Shown here: positions 7,190 to 14,752 of the stretch, piece by piece
Layout: each line of letters opens with the position of its first letter
Position numbering within the stretch: the stretch's first letter is position 1
DNA from: an uncultured virus (IMG/VR IMGVR_UViG_3300042503_002724)
Lineage: Duplodnaviria; Heunggongvirae; Uroviricota; Caudoviricetes
Length of the DNA stretch: 20,000 bases
Reading direction: 5' to 3' (one strand)
Virus record (IMG/VR): IMGVR_UViG_3300042503_002724
Notes under the pieces: model-generated
Databases searched by the model: none
What the model was told of the DNA's origin: nothing
The model's input: only the letters and a program-made list of their open reading frames with translations
Made by a program: the position numbers and the translations under genes

Positions 7190-9326
7190 GGCGCAGCTCG
7201 GGCGGCTCGAGTTCGATAGCCGATTCGAAGAGGTTAGACAAGGCTGTGGCGTGGGTTACCAGTAGACACTGGAGACCCTTGGCCGTCGACAACTCACGCA
7301 GCTTTTCAAGAACCGGGGCTAGCGCCTGAATACGCGGCTGATCCAATGACGCAGTCGGTTCGTCCAGCGCCAATAGGCCGATTTCCTCGGCGAACTGGGC
7401 GTTGACGGCGACTCGAAACGCAATAGCCAGGACTGTCTTCTGTCCGATTGACAGTCGCTGGGCCACCTGCCGTCGGCCGTCGTAGAACTCGGCAATGAAG
7501 GTCGGGGTTCCATCCTCCGCTACCTTTACTTGGAAGTTGACCCGGAACACCTGCAACAGCTCGTTCACCGCGGCCTCGAGCCGCTGGAGATTACGCTGTG
7601 CCACCACCCGCGGCGCGTTCTTGAGCGCCTCCCGGGTCCGTTCGGCGCGCGCCACCCATTCTCGCAGTTGCCCGGCCTTGCGTTCATCTGCCGCGGCTGT
7701 TTCCTGCGCCCGCTCGGCCTCCCGCAGCCGCCAGGCCGCGTTGGCGCGGTCCTGGCTGAACTTGTCCCGTGTCGCCAGCTGCTGGCTCAGCTGCGTCATC
7801 CGCAGTTTGGCCGAATGAACGTCAGCCTCGGTGACCGTCGCGCTGAGCAGCTTCTCCGTCAGTTCCTTGCGGCGGGCCTCGATCGTCGACAGCTGCCCTT
7901 CCAGCCGGGCGCACGTTGATGCGGCCGTGGCAGCCAGCGGGGCGATTTCTTGCCGCGCTTTCACGAACGAGTCGTAGTCCGCGACCGTCTGGGTCAGCTC
8001 GTCCTCAGACAGCTCGGGCGGCGTGACGTTCTGCAGGCCCTGCTCGGCCGCCTCGGCGCGCTGCACGGCCTGCGTGCGATCACGTTCGCGCGTCTCCCAC
8101 TGCTTCCACGCCGTCTCGAGCTTCAGCTGCTGCGAGTAAGACGCCGTCAGGTCCTCGACGGTCTTGTTCAGCGTCTCGAGCTCCGCCTTGTGCTTCTCGA
8201 CCTGCGCGACCAGCTGCGACGAAGGCGTGTGGCACGTCGGGCACTCGGCCTCGCCGTGCTCGTCGAACATGCGAATGAACTCGCTGACTTCCTTGATACG
8301 GGCGTTCCGGGCCGCGATGTCGCGCCGCAGCTCGTCGGACGACAGCGGCCCGGGCTGCTCGGGTTGCGGATCCTTGGCCCGGGCCGCCTCGACGGCGTCT
8401 CGGGTGGCCTGCAGCTTCTTCCGGGACTCGGCAACGTTCTTGTAGCTCTGCCAGTGCCCCAGGGCCGTGCGGGCCGCCGAGATCGCCGCGTCCTGGCCGC
8501 TGGCCGCCTCGTCGAGCGCGCGGATGTCCGCGTCGTATTGGGCCCGCTCGGCCTTGGCCGCGGTGGCCCGGGCACTGAGCTGCGCCGCGTCGCTGTCGAG
8601 CTTCAGCAGCTCGTCGGCGGCGCGGGAGCGCTCGTCCCAGGCGCTGACGATCTTCTGGTCTTCCTGCTGCGCGGCCAGGTAATCGCCCATCGACGGCAGC
8701 CGCGCCAGCTCCGCATCGACGGCGGCAAGCTCGCCAGCGGCGGTCTCGACGGCCGCCTGGAGCTGGTCGGAAGGCACCAGCACCGCGGGAATAGATATCT
8801 TTGCTAGGTTCTTGCCCAGCGCGTCCTGACACTTGTCGGCCTTGGCCGTGTTGAACAGGCGCTGAAAGAACTTGTCGGTCTCGGTCTGGCTGTCGTCGAT
8901 GAACGAGAAAATCTCAGTCTGGCCGACGATGATGAACCGGCTGATGAACTTGGCGTCCACGCCCAGCAGCTTCTCGATCGCCGCCGTCACGGCCTTCTCG
9001 CCGCGGGCCGTCTCGGTGCCGTCCAGCGTAAAGGTGGCCTGCTCCGTGGACGGCCGCAGGTGCCGCGTCACGCAGGCGATGTGCCCGCGGTGCTCGAACT
9101 CGAGCATCGCGAACGACGGCTCGCCCTCCTTGGCGTACTGGCTGATGTTGTCAGCCTTGCCGCCGTAGTTCGGGTTCTCGCCCGTCAGCAGCCACTTCAG
9201 CGCACCGAAGAGGCTGGACTTGCCAGAACCGTTCTCGCCCAGGATCGCGACCAGGCCGCGGGTGAACTCACACACCTGATGGCGATGGTGTACCCAGTTC
9301 CGGACTTCCAGCCTCAAGAGTTGCAC
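7170..9326 (-). CDS. sbcC: SbcC/Rad50-like SMC-family ATPase (718 aa)
   Basis: GENGSGKSS Walker A, IIVGQ Q-loop, long coiled coils, CPTC zinc hook, LSIGQK signature, LLALDEPT Walker B/D-loop, LVTH H-loop. Start GTG 9326 after GAGGAG RBS. Confidence 0.93.
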   Translation of the reverse strand: MQLLRLEVRNWVHHRHQVCEFTRGLVAILGENGSGKSSLFGALKWLLTGENPNYGGKADNISQYAKEGEPSFAMLEFEHRGHIACVTRHLRPSTEQATFTLDGTETARGEKAVTAAIEKLLGVDAKFISRFIIVGQTEIFSFIDDSQTETDKFFQRLFNTAKADKCQDALGKNLAKISIPAVLVPSDQLQAAVETAAGELAAVDAELARLPSMGDYLAAQQEDQKIVSAWDERSRAADELLKLDSDAAQLSARATAAKAERAQYDADIRALDEAASGQDAAISAARTALGHWQSYKNVAESRKKLQATRDAVEAARAKDPQPEQPGPLSSDELRRDIAARNARIKEVSEFIRMFDEHGEAECPTCHTPSSQLVAQVEKHKAELETLNKTVEDLTASYSQQLKLETAWKQWETRERDRTQAVQRAEAAEQGLQNVTPPELSEDELTQTVADYDSFVKARQEIAPLAATAASTCARLEGQLSTIEARRKELTEKLLSATVTEADVHSAKLRMTQLSQQLATRDKFSQDRANAAWRLREAERAQETAAADERKAGQLREWVARAERTREALKNAPRVVAQRNLQRLEAAVNELLQVFRVNFQVKVAEDGTPTFIAEFYDGRRQVAQRLSIGQKTVLAIAFRVAVNAQFAEEIGLLALDEPTASLDQPRIQALAPVLEKLRELSTAKGLQCLLVTHATALSNLFESAIELEPPELRHATTNG

Positions 9327-10434
9327 AGGTGGGCTCCTCGGTGAAAAACGCCTTGAAAAACGCCTCGAGCTCTTTGGCTGGCTCTTCTGAGCCAACCAGG
9401 CGCTCGGCAAGCTTGTACTCTTCCGAATCTGCGCCAAGCAGGTCGGAAAGCGCGGCCAGCAGGTCGTTCCTGGCGCCGTCGCGGTTGTGATTCTTGGTCT
9501 GTTCCGCTGCCGACTTGTCGGCCAGCGCCTCGCAGAACAAGTGCGCCGAGTCGGCCACGGCTGTGGTTAGCCGCAGGAACGCGTCGGGCAGGGCTTTGTC
9601 GAACTTGATCCGCACGATCGGCTTGTCGATCGGCGCGGGCTTTTTGGGCAGTGCCGCGATGTCCGCGGCCAGGCCTCCGGCGCACATGGCGTCGAGCGTC
9701 GCCTGGTCGCGCACCTGATAGCTCAGGAAGTTGCGCGTCTCGAGCTGCTGCGCCTCGAACACGATCTCACCCTTGTCAGTCTGACTGACGACAAAGAAGA
9801 ACTTCTCCGGCGATTCGCTGCAGTCCTGCATGCAGGTCGAGCCGGGGCTCAGCATGCGGATCGCCTGGCCTTGGGCGCCAGTGCCGGTCACTTCCTTCGT
9901 GGGATGAAAGTCGCCGTTTAGCACGACCTTGGCGTGATGGACGTCCGCGAGCGTGCACTCGATGCGGCCCAGCCCCTTCATGAACTCGTCCCACACCTGG
10001 TGCGTGATCAGGATGTCGGTGTCTTCGGGAACGGCCTGCATCGCTTGCTGGAGCTCGCCGCGAGGCAGCCAGTCCAGTCCGTAAACATTGACGCCCTTGA
10101 AGACGTACTGATGCCCGTTAAGGTGCGTTGGCCACCCGTGAACGCTAAGCCACGGGGCGTTCCGGTCGTACTCGTGATTGCCCTGGATGTAATAGACAGC
10201 CACGTCTTCTTCTTCCATCGCTGACAATTCCGCGCACAGTTTGGCGATCGGCCGCGCAGAATTGTTCTTCTTCTCAAGCACGTCGCCGCCCAAGATCAAC
10301 GGCAACCGGCGGCCGATGCAATAGTTCACGATCTGCCCAAAGCTGTAGTACGAATCGCCGAAGATGCCCGGCCGTGTGGACCAAGCGCCGTCTTCGAGAT
10401 GCGTGTCAGCCGTAAACACAAAAAGCGGGGTCAC
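9268..10434 (-). CDS. sbcD: SbcD/Mre11-like metallophosphoesterase nuclease (388 aa)
   Basis: ADTHL, GGDV, GNHE, THQ, GDFH, PGS motifs; directly upstream of the SbcC-like gene; AGGAGG RBS before GTG. Confidence 0.9.
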   Translation of the reverse strand: MTPLFVFTADTHLEDGAWSTRPGIFGDSYYSFGQIVNYCIGRRLPLILGGDVLEKKNNSARPIAKLCAELSAMEEEDVAVYYIQGNHEYDRNAPWLSVHGWPTHLNGHQYVFKGVNVYGLDWLPRGELQQAMQAVPEDTDILITHQVWDEFMKGLGRIECTLADVHHAKVVLNGDFHPTKEVTGTGAQGQAIRMLSPGSTCMQDCSESPEKFFFVVSQTDKGEIVFEAQQLETRNFLSYQVRDQATLDAMCAGGLAADIAALPKKPAPIDKPIVRIKFDKALPDAFLRLTTAVADSAHLFCEALADKSAAEQTKNHNRDGARNDLLAALSDLLGADSEEYKLAERLVGSEEPAKELEAFFKAFFTEEPTCATLEAGSPELGTPSPSGV

Positions 10435-10443
10435 ACGAACCTC

Positions 10444-11028
10444 CTAGTAGTCGGTGTCTTGGTCGAAGTCTTCGAAGCTGTCGTCTTCGTCTTCGTCGTC
10501 GTACTGGTCGTCGACTTGGGGCGGTTTGGTAGAGAACCAAGGGCCGGGTTGCGTGCCGGTAACAATATCCCCAAGCAGCTTGAGAAAAGCGTTCAAGATC
10601 GCTGAAGTCGGCTGATCAGGCGGCGTATCCGGGTCCGTCTTCTTCCATGTTTCTTCCCAAGAAAAAGGATGCCCGCTATACCAGCCCTTGCTCTCGACGC
10701 GCTCGCCCTTCGCCTGTACCAGCTTGAAAAACGAGATCTGGAGCACCTGCTCCAGCTCGCGCACGCTTGGTACTGGTGGCTGTTGCTTGCACAACAACCG
10801 GCGCTTTACGGCGACCGCAGCCATGTCTGCTTCGAAGCCATCTTGTAGCTTGCGCAGTTGCCGCGCCAGTTGCGCTGCGCGCATCGGGCAGGCGACGCCA
10901 ACTTCAGACCGCATGAGCTGCAACGCACTATTGAATTCCACAAAATCATGACGCAGCACTACGCTGTACGCCTTGATAAACGCCACTTCTTGCGGCGCCA
11001 TCTGTCGCAGCTCTAAATCTTTGTCCAT
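10444..11028 (-). CDS. Hypothetical protein (194 aa) with acidic C-terminal tail
   Basis: ATG start, helical N-terminal half, tail DDQYDDEDEDDSFEDFDQDTDY; stop abuts the sbcD RBS. Confidence 0.75.
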   Translation of the reverse strand: MDKDLELRQMAPQEVAFIKAYSVVLRHDFVEFNSALQLMRSEVGVACPMRAAQLARQLRKLQDGFEADMAAVAVKRRLLCKQQPPVPSVRELEQVLQISFFKLVQAKGERVESKGWYSGHPFSWEETWKKTDPDTPPDQPTSAILNAFLKLLGDIVTGTQPGPWFSTKPPQVDDQYDDEDEDDSFEDFDQDTDY

Positions 11029-11043
11029 TCGACAACCCTTAAT

Positions 11044-11105
11044 ACGCCCCGCCAGGATTTGAACCTGGAGAAGAAACTCCGCGCAACCGAAATGCGCACG
11101 GGGCG
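11044..11105 (-). ncRNA. Minimal tRNA-like element (about 62 nt) lacking a canonical anticodon arm
   Basis: Minus strand: CGCCCCG-TG-CGCA-TTTCGGT-TGCG-C-GGAGTTTCTTCT-CCAGG-TTCAAAT-CCTGG-CGGGGCG-T. Perfect 7-bp acceptor stem, U8, 4-bp D-like stem with GG in the loop, perfect 5-bp T stem with TTCRA loop. Only 12 nt for anticodon plus variable arms; no encoded CCA. Confidence 0.65.
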
Positions 11106-11247
11106 CGCGCGATAGGGTCCATCCTGATTACGCCTTCTGCCACGCAAGGTGATTGGTAATGCGTTCCTTGCTGCCAGCATCGTGGTTATGCCCCACTCAC
11201 GACTAGGGGGCCGGTCCACAGAACGCGTGGTTAGACCCCGGCAGGCC
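11106..11247 (-). ncRNA. Candidate structured RNA with short repeated motifs upstream of the tRNA-like element
   Basis: Part of the only large intergenic gap. GGGGnnTAACCACG twice (11239-11226, 11194-11181), TGGCAG(C)AAGG twice (11176-11166, 11142-11133); possible stems CCAC/GTGG, GCCCC/GGGGC, TCGTG/CACGA, GCAAGG/CCTTGC. Confidence 0.4.
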
Positions 11248-11832
11248 TTAAGTTGTCGCCGACGTGTGCAACGCAACGGCGGCTAATGCGCGGGCAACAG
11301 CCAGCGTCGCCTTGGTGTCTGCCATGGCGTTATGCGCTTCGCCCGTCTCGATTTGAAACAGCTCGCGCAAATCGGTCAGGCTGCAGCCGCTGTCCAGCAG
11401 ACCAATGGCGTTGAAGAAACGCGCAACGGTCATCGTGTCCAGGAAGTGATAACCGCAGTAGCGTTCCCACGTTTCCCGAGGCATGAGCTGCGCCCAGATG
11501 AATCGCAGGTCAAACGCGAGGTTGTGCCCGACCGGCATCAGTTTACCGCAGCCGGTCATCGTCAACGCTTTCTTGATGAACTCTTCGAACGCGACGCGCG
11601 CCTCTTCGATCTTGACGCCAATGGCGCTGTGATGCACCAGATCGATCTTGTTGATCGTCATGGCGCCGGGTGTCACCAGGTACTCCGGGTGGCGAATCTG
11701 CAGGTAAAGCGTGTCTTCTTTGTTCCCGCCGCGTACGGGCTGGAAGTCCTTGTCGGCGATCACCGCAGCCAGCGTCAAAAGGCTGTGCTGCGTATCCAAA
11801 CCGCCCGTCTCGGTGTCCAGGAACAAATACAT
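11248..11832 (-). CDS. DEDDh 3'-5' exonuclease (DnaQ/RNase T-like, 194 aa)
   Basis: ExoI FLDTETGG, ExoII GHNLAFD, LDTM, ExoIII HNAMAD; AGGAG RBS. Confidence 0.93.
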   Translation of the reverse strand: MYLFLDTETGGLDTQHSLLTLAAVIADKDFQPVRGGNKEDTLYLQIRHPEYLVTPGAMTINKIDLVHHSAIGVKIEEARVAFEEFIKKALTMTGCGKLMPVGHNLAFDLRFIWAQLMPRETWERYCGYHFLDTMTVARFFNAIGLLDSGCSLTDLRELFQIETGEAHNAMADTKATLAVARALAAVALHTSATT

Positions 11833-11845
11833 CGCTTATCTCCTG

Positions 11846-12115
11846 TTACATGCCCGCTCTGGTCTCATTGATCGCGACGAATCGCCCGCCCTCTACGTCA
11901 AAAACAATGCCCGGCTTGCCGCCGTGCTCTTCGACCGCTCTGTTGGCGATTCGCAGCAGCGCGGCGTACAGTTCTTTGCCGCGCTCGTAGCCGACGTAGT
12001 TCAAAATTAAACCGTAGGGAGACAGGCAAAGTTCCTCGTCTCCGTTGTAGCGGCGCGGGGACACATCGGTGTCGTCTTGAATATGCCCGCCGAAATCGAA
12101 ATTTTTGTCAGCCAT
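11846..12115 (-). CDS. Hypothetical protein (89 aa)
   Basis: Fills the gap between hldE and the exonuclease; start overlaps the hldE end; protein-like composition. Confidence 0.7.
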   Translation of the reverse strand: MADKNFDFGGHIQDDTDVSPRRYNGDEELCLSPYGLILNYVGYERGKELYAALLRIANRAVEEHGGKPGIVFDVEGGRFVAINETRAGM

Positions 12116-13625
12116 GCTGAATTCTCTGAACAGTGTGCGTGGTGCTTACGTCATCCACCATGGGACAACGCCAGATGCGGCCTGGAGAGTCGCGGTTTAC
12201 CATCTCTTCAAAGCCGACAATGTCTTCTTCCTTGTATTGCGCGCCCTTGACCAGCACGTCCGGAACGAACGTTGTGATCATGGCGCGCAGCGCTGGTTGT
12301 GCCGCAAAGTTCTCTTCGTCGAGCATAACCACCGCGTCTACGCAGCTCAGGCTCGCGAGCACCTGTGCGCGCGTATCAAAAGTCTGCGCAGGCCGATTAG
12401 ACCCTTTGAGCAGACGAACGCTGTCGTCGCTGTTGACAGCAACGATAAGTTTCTTCCCCTGTTGCTTGGCCTGCTCGAGCAGCGCAACGTGCCCGCGGTG
12501 CAGCAAGTCAAAGCAGCCGTTTGTGAACACCACGGATTCGCCAACAGATCGCCACGCCTCGCACAACACCACCGCGTCTTCAAACGACCGGATCTTGGTC
12601 GCGCTGCCCGACTCAACACGGCGGGAGTAGCTGGCCAAAAACGGCGTAGCTGGGTCAATCGTCGGCACGCCGCGCGTGAGGTACTGCGCAGCGGCGGCCG
12701 AGGCTGCCGCCACGGCGCCGTGCAATCGGTCCGCGTCAGGGGCCGAGTGACACTGCGGCGGCAAGAGCAGCTCCGCGACCAGCCCGGCCAGAAACGCGTC
12801 GCCAGCGCCGACACAATTGGTGACAGCTGGAAAACACGCTCTGGCCGGGGCATGGTAAGTCTGGCAGCTCTTCTGTTCGTCGCGCACGGCGTATGTCGTG
12901 CCCAAGCGGCCGCCGGTGACAATCGCCACCCGCGCGTCAACCGCCGCACAAAAAGCCTGTGCCGTCTCGTGCCGATCCGGGGACCACTGAAGATTGTGTT
13001 TCTCCAGATACACCCTAGCTTCTTCGTCGTTGACCTTGATGACGTCTGCGCCGCGGTAAAAATCAAGCACGCCAGGCTTTGCACCCACGACAACCAGCGC
13101 GCCGTAGTACCGCGCGGCCTCGATGATCTTCTGGCCGTGCAATTGACAGTACCCTTTGCCGTAGTCAGCAACGACCACTGCGTCTGCACGCGCGACGTGC
13201 TCGCTGTAGCGCGCAAAATCGAAGTCGCGAGCAGCTTGCTGCAGATATTCTTCGGTTGACGACTCCTGGTCGTATCGAAAGATCACCTGCCCGTGCGAGT
13301 TGATGAAACGCATCTTGGCAGGCGTGACCAGGTCTTCGCTGAAAGTCACGTTTTTGCAAGACAGGCCAAACTCGTGCAAAAGCGCGTGCGCTGTCGCGCC
13401 CGCTGTGTCGTTACCTAATCGACCCATCGGCTTGACGCGCGCGTTCAAGCTGCGCAAAAGCGACGCAACCAGCCCCGCGCCGCCCAAGGTGACGTCGCGC
13501 CCGTCGTCGACGCCAGAGACGATCATCGCCGCGCCCTCGGGGTTCGACGCCCGCGGGGTCGCTCGGACCCAAAGGTCCAGCATCAGATCGCCAAGCACGA
13601 GTACCTTGGGCCTGCGGTAGCTCAT
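12108..13625 (-). CDS. hldE: Bifunctional D-glycero-beta-D-manno-heptose-7-phosphate kinase / heptose-1-phosphate adenylyltransferase
   Basis: PfkB-type kinase half: VLVLGDLMLD, PEG, LGGAG, DYGKG, VGAGDAF. Nucleotidyltransferase half: VVFTNGCFDLLHRGH, LIVAVNSDDSVRLLKG, RAQVLASLSCVDAV, PDVLVKG, STT. Confidence 0.92.
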   Translation of the reverse strand: MSYRRPKVLVLGDLMLDLWVRATPRASNPEGAAMIVSGVDDGRDVTLGGAGLVASLLRSLNARVKPMGRLGNDTAGATAHALLHEFGLSCKNVTFSEDLVTPAKMRFINSHGQVIFRYDQESSTEEYLQQAARDFDFARYSEHVARADAVVVADYGKGYCQLHGQKIIEAARYYGALVVVGAKPGVLDFYRGADVIKVNDEEARVYLEKHNLQWSPDRHETAQAFCAAVDARVAIVTGGRLGTTYAVRDEQKSCQTYHAPARACFPAVTNCVGAGDAFLAGLVAELLLPPQCHSAPDADRLHGAVAAASAAAAQYLTRGVPTIDPATPFLASYSRRVESGSATKIRSFEDAVVLCEAWRSVGESVVFTNGCFDLLHRGHVALLEQAKQQGKKLIVAVNSDDSVRLLKGSNRPAQTFDTRAQVLASLSCVDAVVMLDEENFAAQPALRAMITTFVPDVLVKGAQYKEEDIVGFEEMVNRDSPGRIWRCPMVDDVSTTHTVQRIQHG

Positions 13626-14752
13626 TAGAAAACCAGCAGCCCAATGGCTGCCTCCTGCGTTGGGAACAGGTACACGCCGCGCGGCGAGAACTGCCTAGGA
13701 GTGTCCAGGCGCATGACGACGTTCTCGTTGGCGTCGAGAAGCTTGGCGGTTACGTAAGGACCTGTTTTGGAAGTCCGGGCGTCCAGCGTAACGGAGTATG
13801 GGCTTCCGTCAACAGCAAGCGTGACCGAGACGGCGTTCCCGGGCGGGTAATTACCAGGTCGATCGAACACGTCCTGCAGGGCGCCCACAAAATCCGGTCC
13901 GTAGGTGGCAACCGTAACCGGCTTCGTAAACTGCCCAAAGCGCGCGTCAAACGCGGGATCCATATCGTCATCGGCCGACCGCCAGTTCCAGGGCGCGTAG
14001 ATACGGGCACAGGCCAACAAGTAGGGCGGCACGTGGGCGTAGTCCGCCGAATCGTCAACCTCGGAGAGCAGAAAGCTCTGCTGCGGAAGCCAGACGAACT
14101 CACCGGTCTCGGTGAGGATTTTCACCTCGCCGCTTTCAGCCAGGCCCAGCGCCGCCATCTGCGGACCTAACCCTCGACCATCAGGATACTCGCTCTGCCA
14201 GTCGTACAGTTTCACAAGCGGACTGGCGTCCATCCGAAACTTTGCAGGCTGGAAGATCGACAGCACGCTGGCGGGCTGCGCCAGCGGTGGTGCACGTTTG
14301 ACCGCGACCGCGGCAGGCTGCGGCGCCGGAGGTGGCGGCGGCGCGTTAACGCCGATCGCCGCCTCGGCCACGAGCTGGTTGAACAACTCCTGGCCGGAAA
14401 TCTCTGGCTCGAGCTGCACCACGTTCACAAACTGGCGCAGCGCCTCAAGGATCACGCCGTCGCGCTTCTCCGCAGGCGTGCCGACCTGGTCAAAGATATC
14501 TTTGATGGTGTCGCTGCGCGTGGCGCGAGTAATCGAGAACGTGAGGCCCGAAAAGTCATAGTGGGCCAGCTGCTCCGCGGCCGTGACCATTTTGGCCCGG
14601 GCGATACCCGGGGTTTTTGATTCGCTGCCCGCCAGCCGGAGAACCTCCAGCAGCGCTGCGGCGAGCATCAAACGGTGGCTGTCCTTTGACGCAGGCGCCG
14701 CCACCTTCAGGAAATCGTCTAGTACGTCACTTCCGACGCAATCTGTGGTCAT
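13625..14752 (-). CDS. Hypothetical multi-domain protein (375 aa) with Pro/Ala-rich linker
   Basis: ATG 14752 after GGAG RBS; TAATG coupling to hldE; helical N-terminal region, APPPPPAPQPAA linker, beta-rich C-terminus. Confidence 0.75.
   Translation of the reverse strand: MTTDCVGSDVLDDFLKVAAPASKDSHRLMLAAALLEVLRLAGSESKTPGIARAKMVTAAEQLAHYDFSGLTFSITRATRSDTIKDIFDQVGTPAEKRDGVILEALRQFVNVVQLEPEISGQELFNQLVAEAAIGVNAPPPPPAPQPAAVAVKRAPPLAQPASVLSIFQPAKFRMDASPLVKLYDWQSEYPDGRGLGPQMAALGLAESGEVKILTETGEFVWLPQQSFLLSEVDDSADYAHVPPYLLACARIYAPWNWRSADDDMDPAFDARFGQFTKPVTVATYGPDFVGALQDVFDRPGNYPPGNAVSVTLAVDGSPYSVTLDARTSKTGPYVTAKLLDANENVVMRLDTPRQFSPRGVYLFPTQEAAIGLLVF

Noticed and set aside
10444..11028. Single-stranded DNA-binding protein, suggested by the acidic tail
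   Set aside because: The body looks helical with no OB-fold pattern; an acidic tail alone is insufficient.
11106..11247. Canonical TIGR array
   Set aside because: Only the first unit fits CCA-N9-TG; motif spacings are 45/29/29 nt rather than a constant period, and the segment is about 4 kb from the Nop-like gene. Kept only as a weak candidate RNA.
11029..11247. Functional tRNA (e.g. Arg-TCG read from loop TTTCGGT) or tmRNA
   Set aside because: That hairpin sits at the D-arm position right after the acceptor strand. There is no G3:U70 pair, no CCA and no tag reading frame, and the closed fold is only about 62 nt.
11013..11276. 87-aa minus-strand ORF across the gap
   Set aside because: TTG start inside the exonuclease gene, Arg-rich non-protein-like sequence, overlaps both neighbours.
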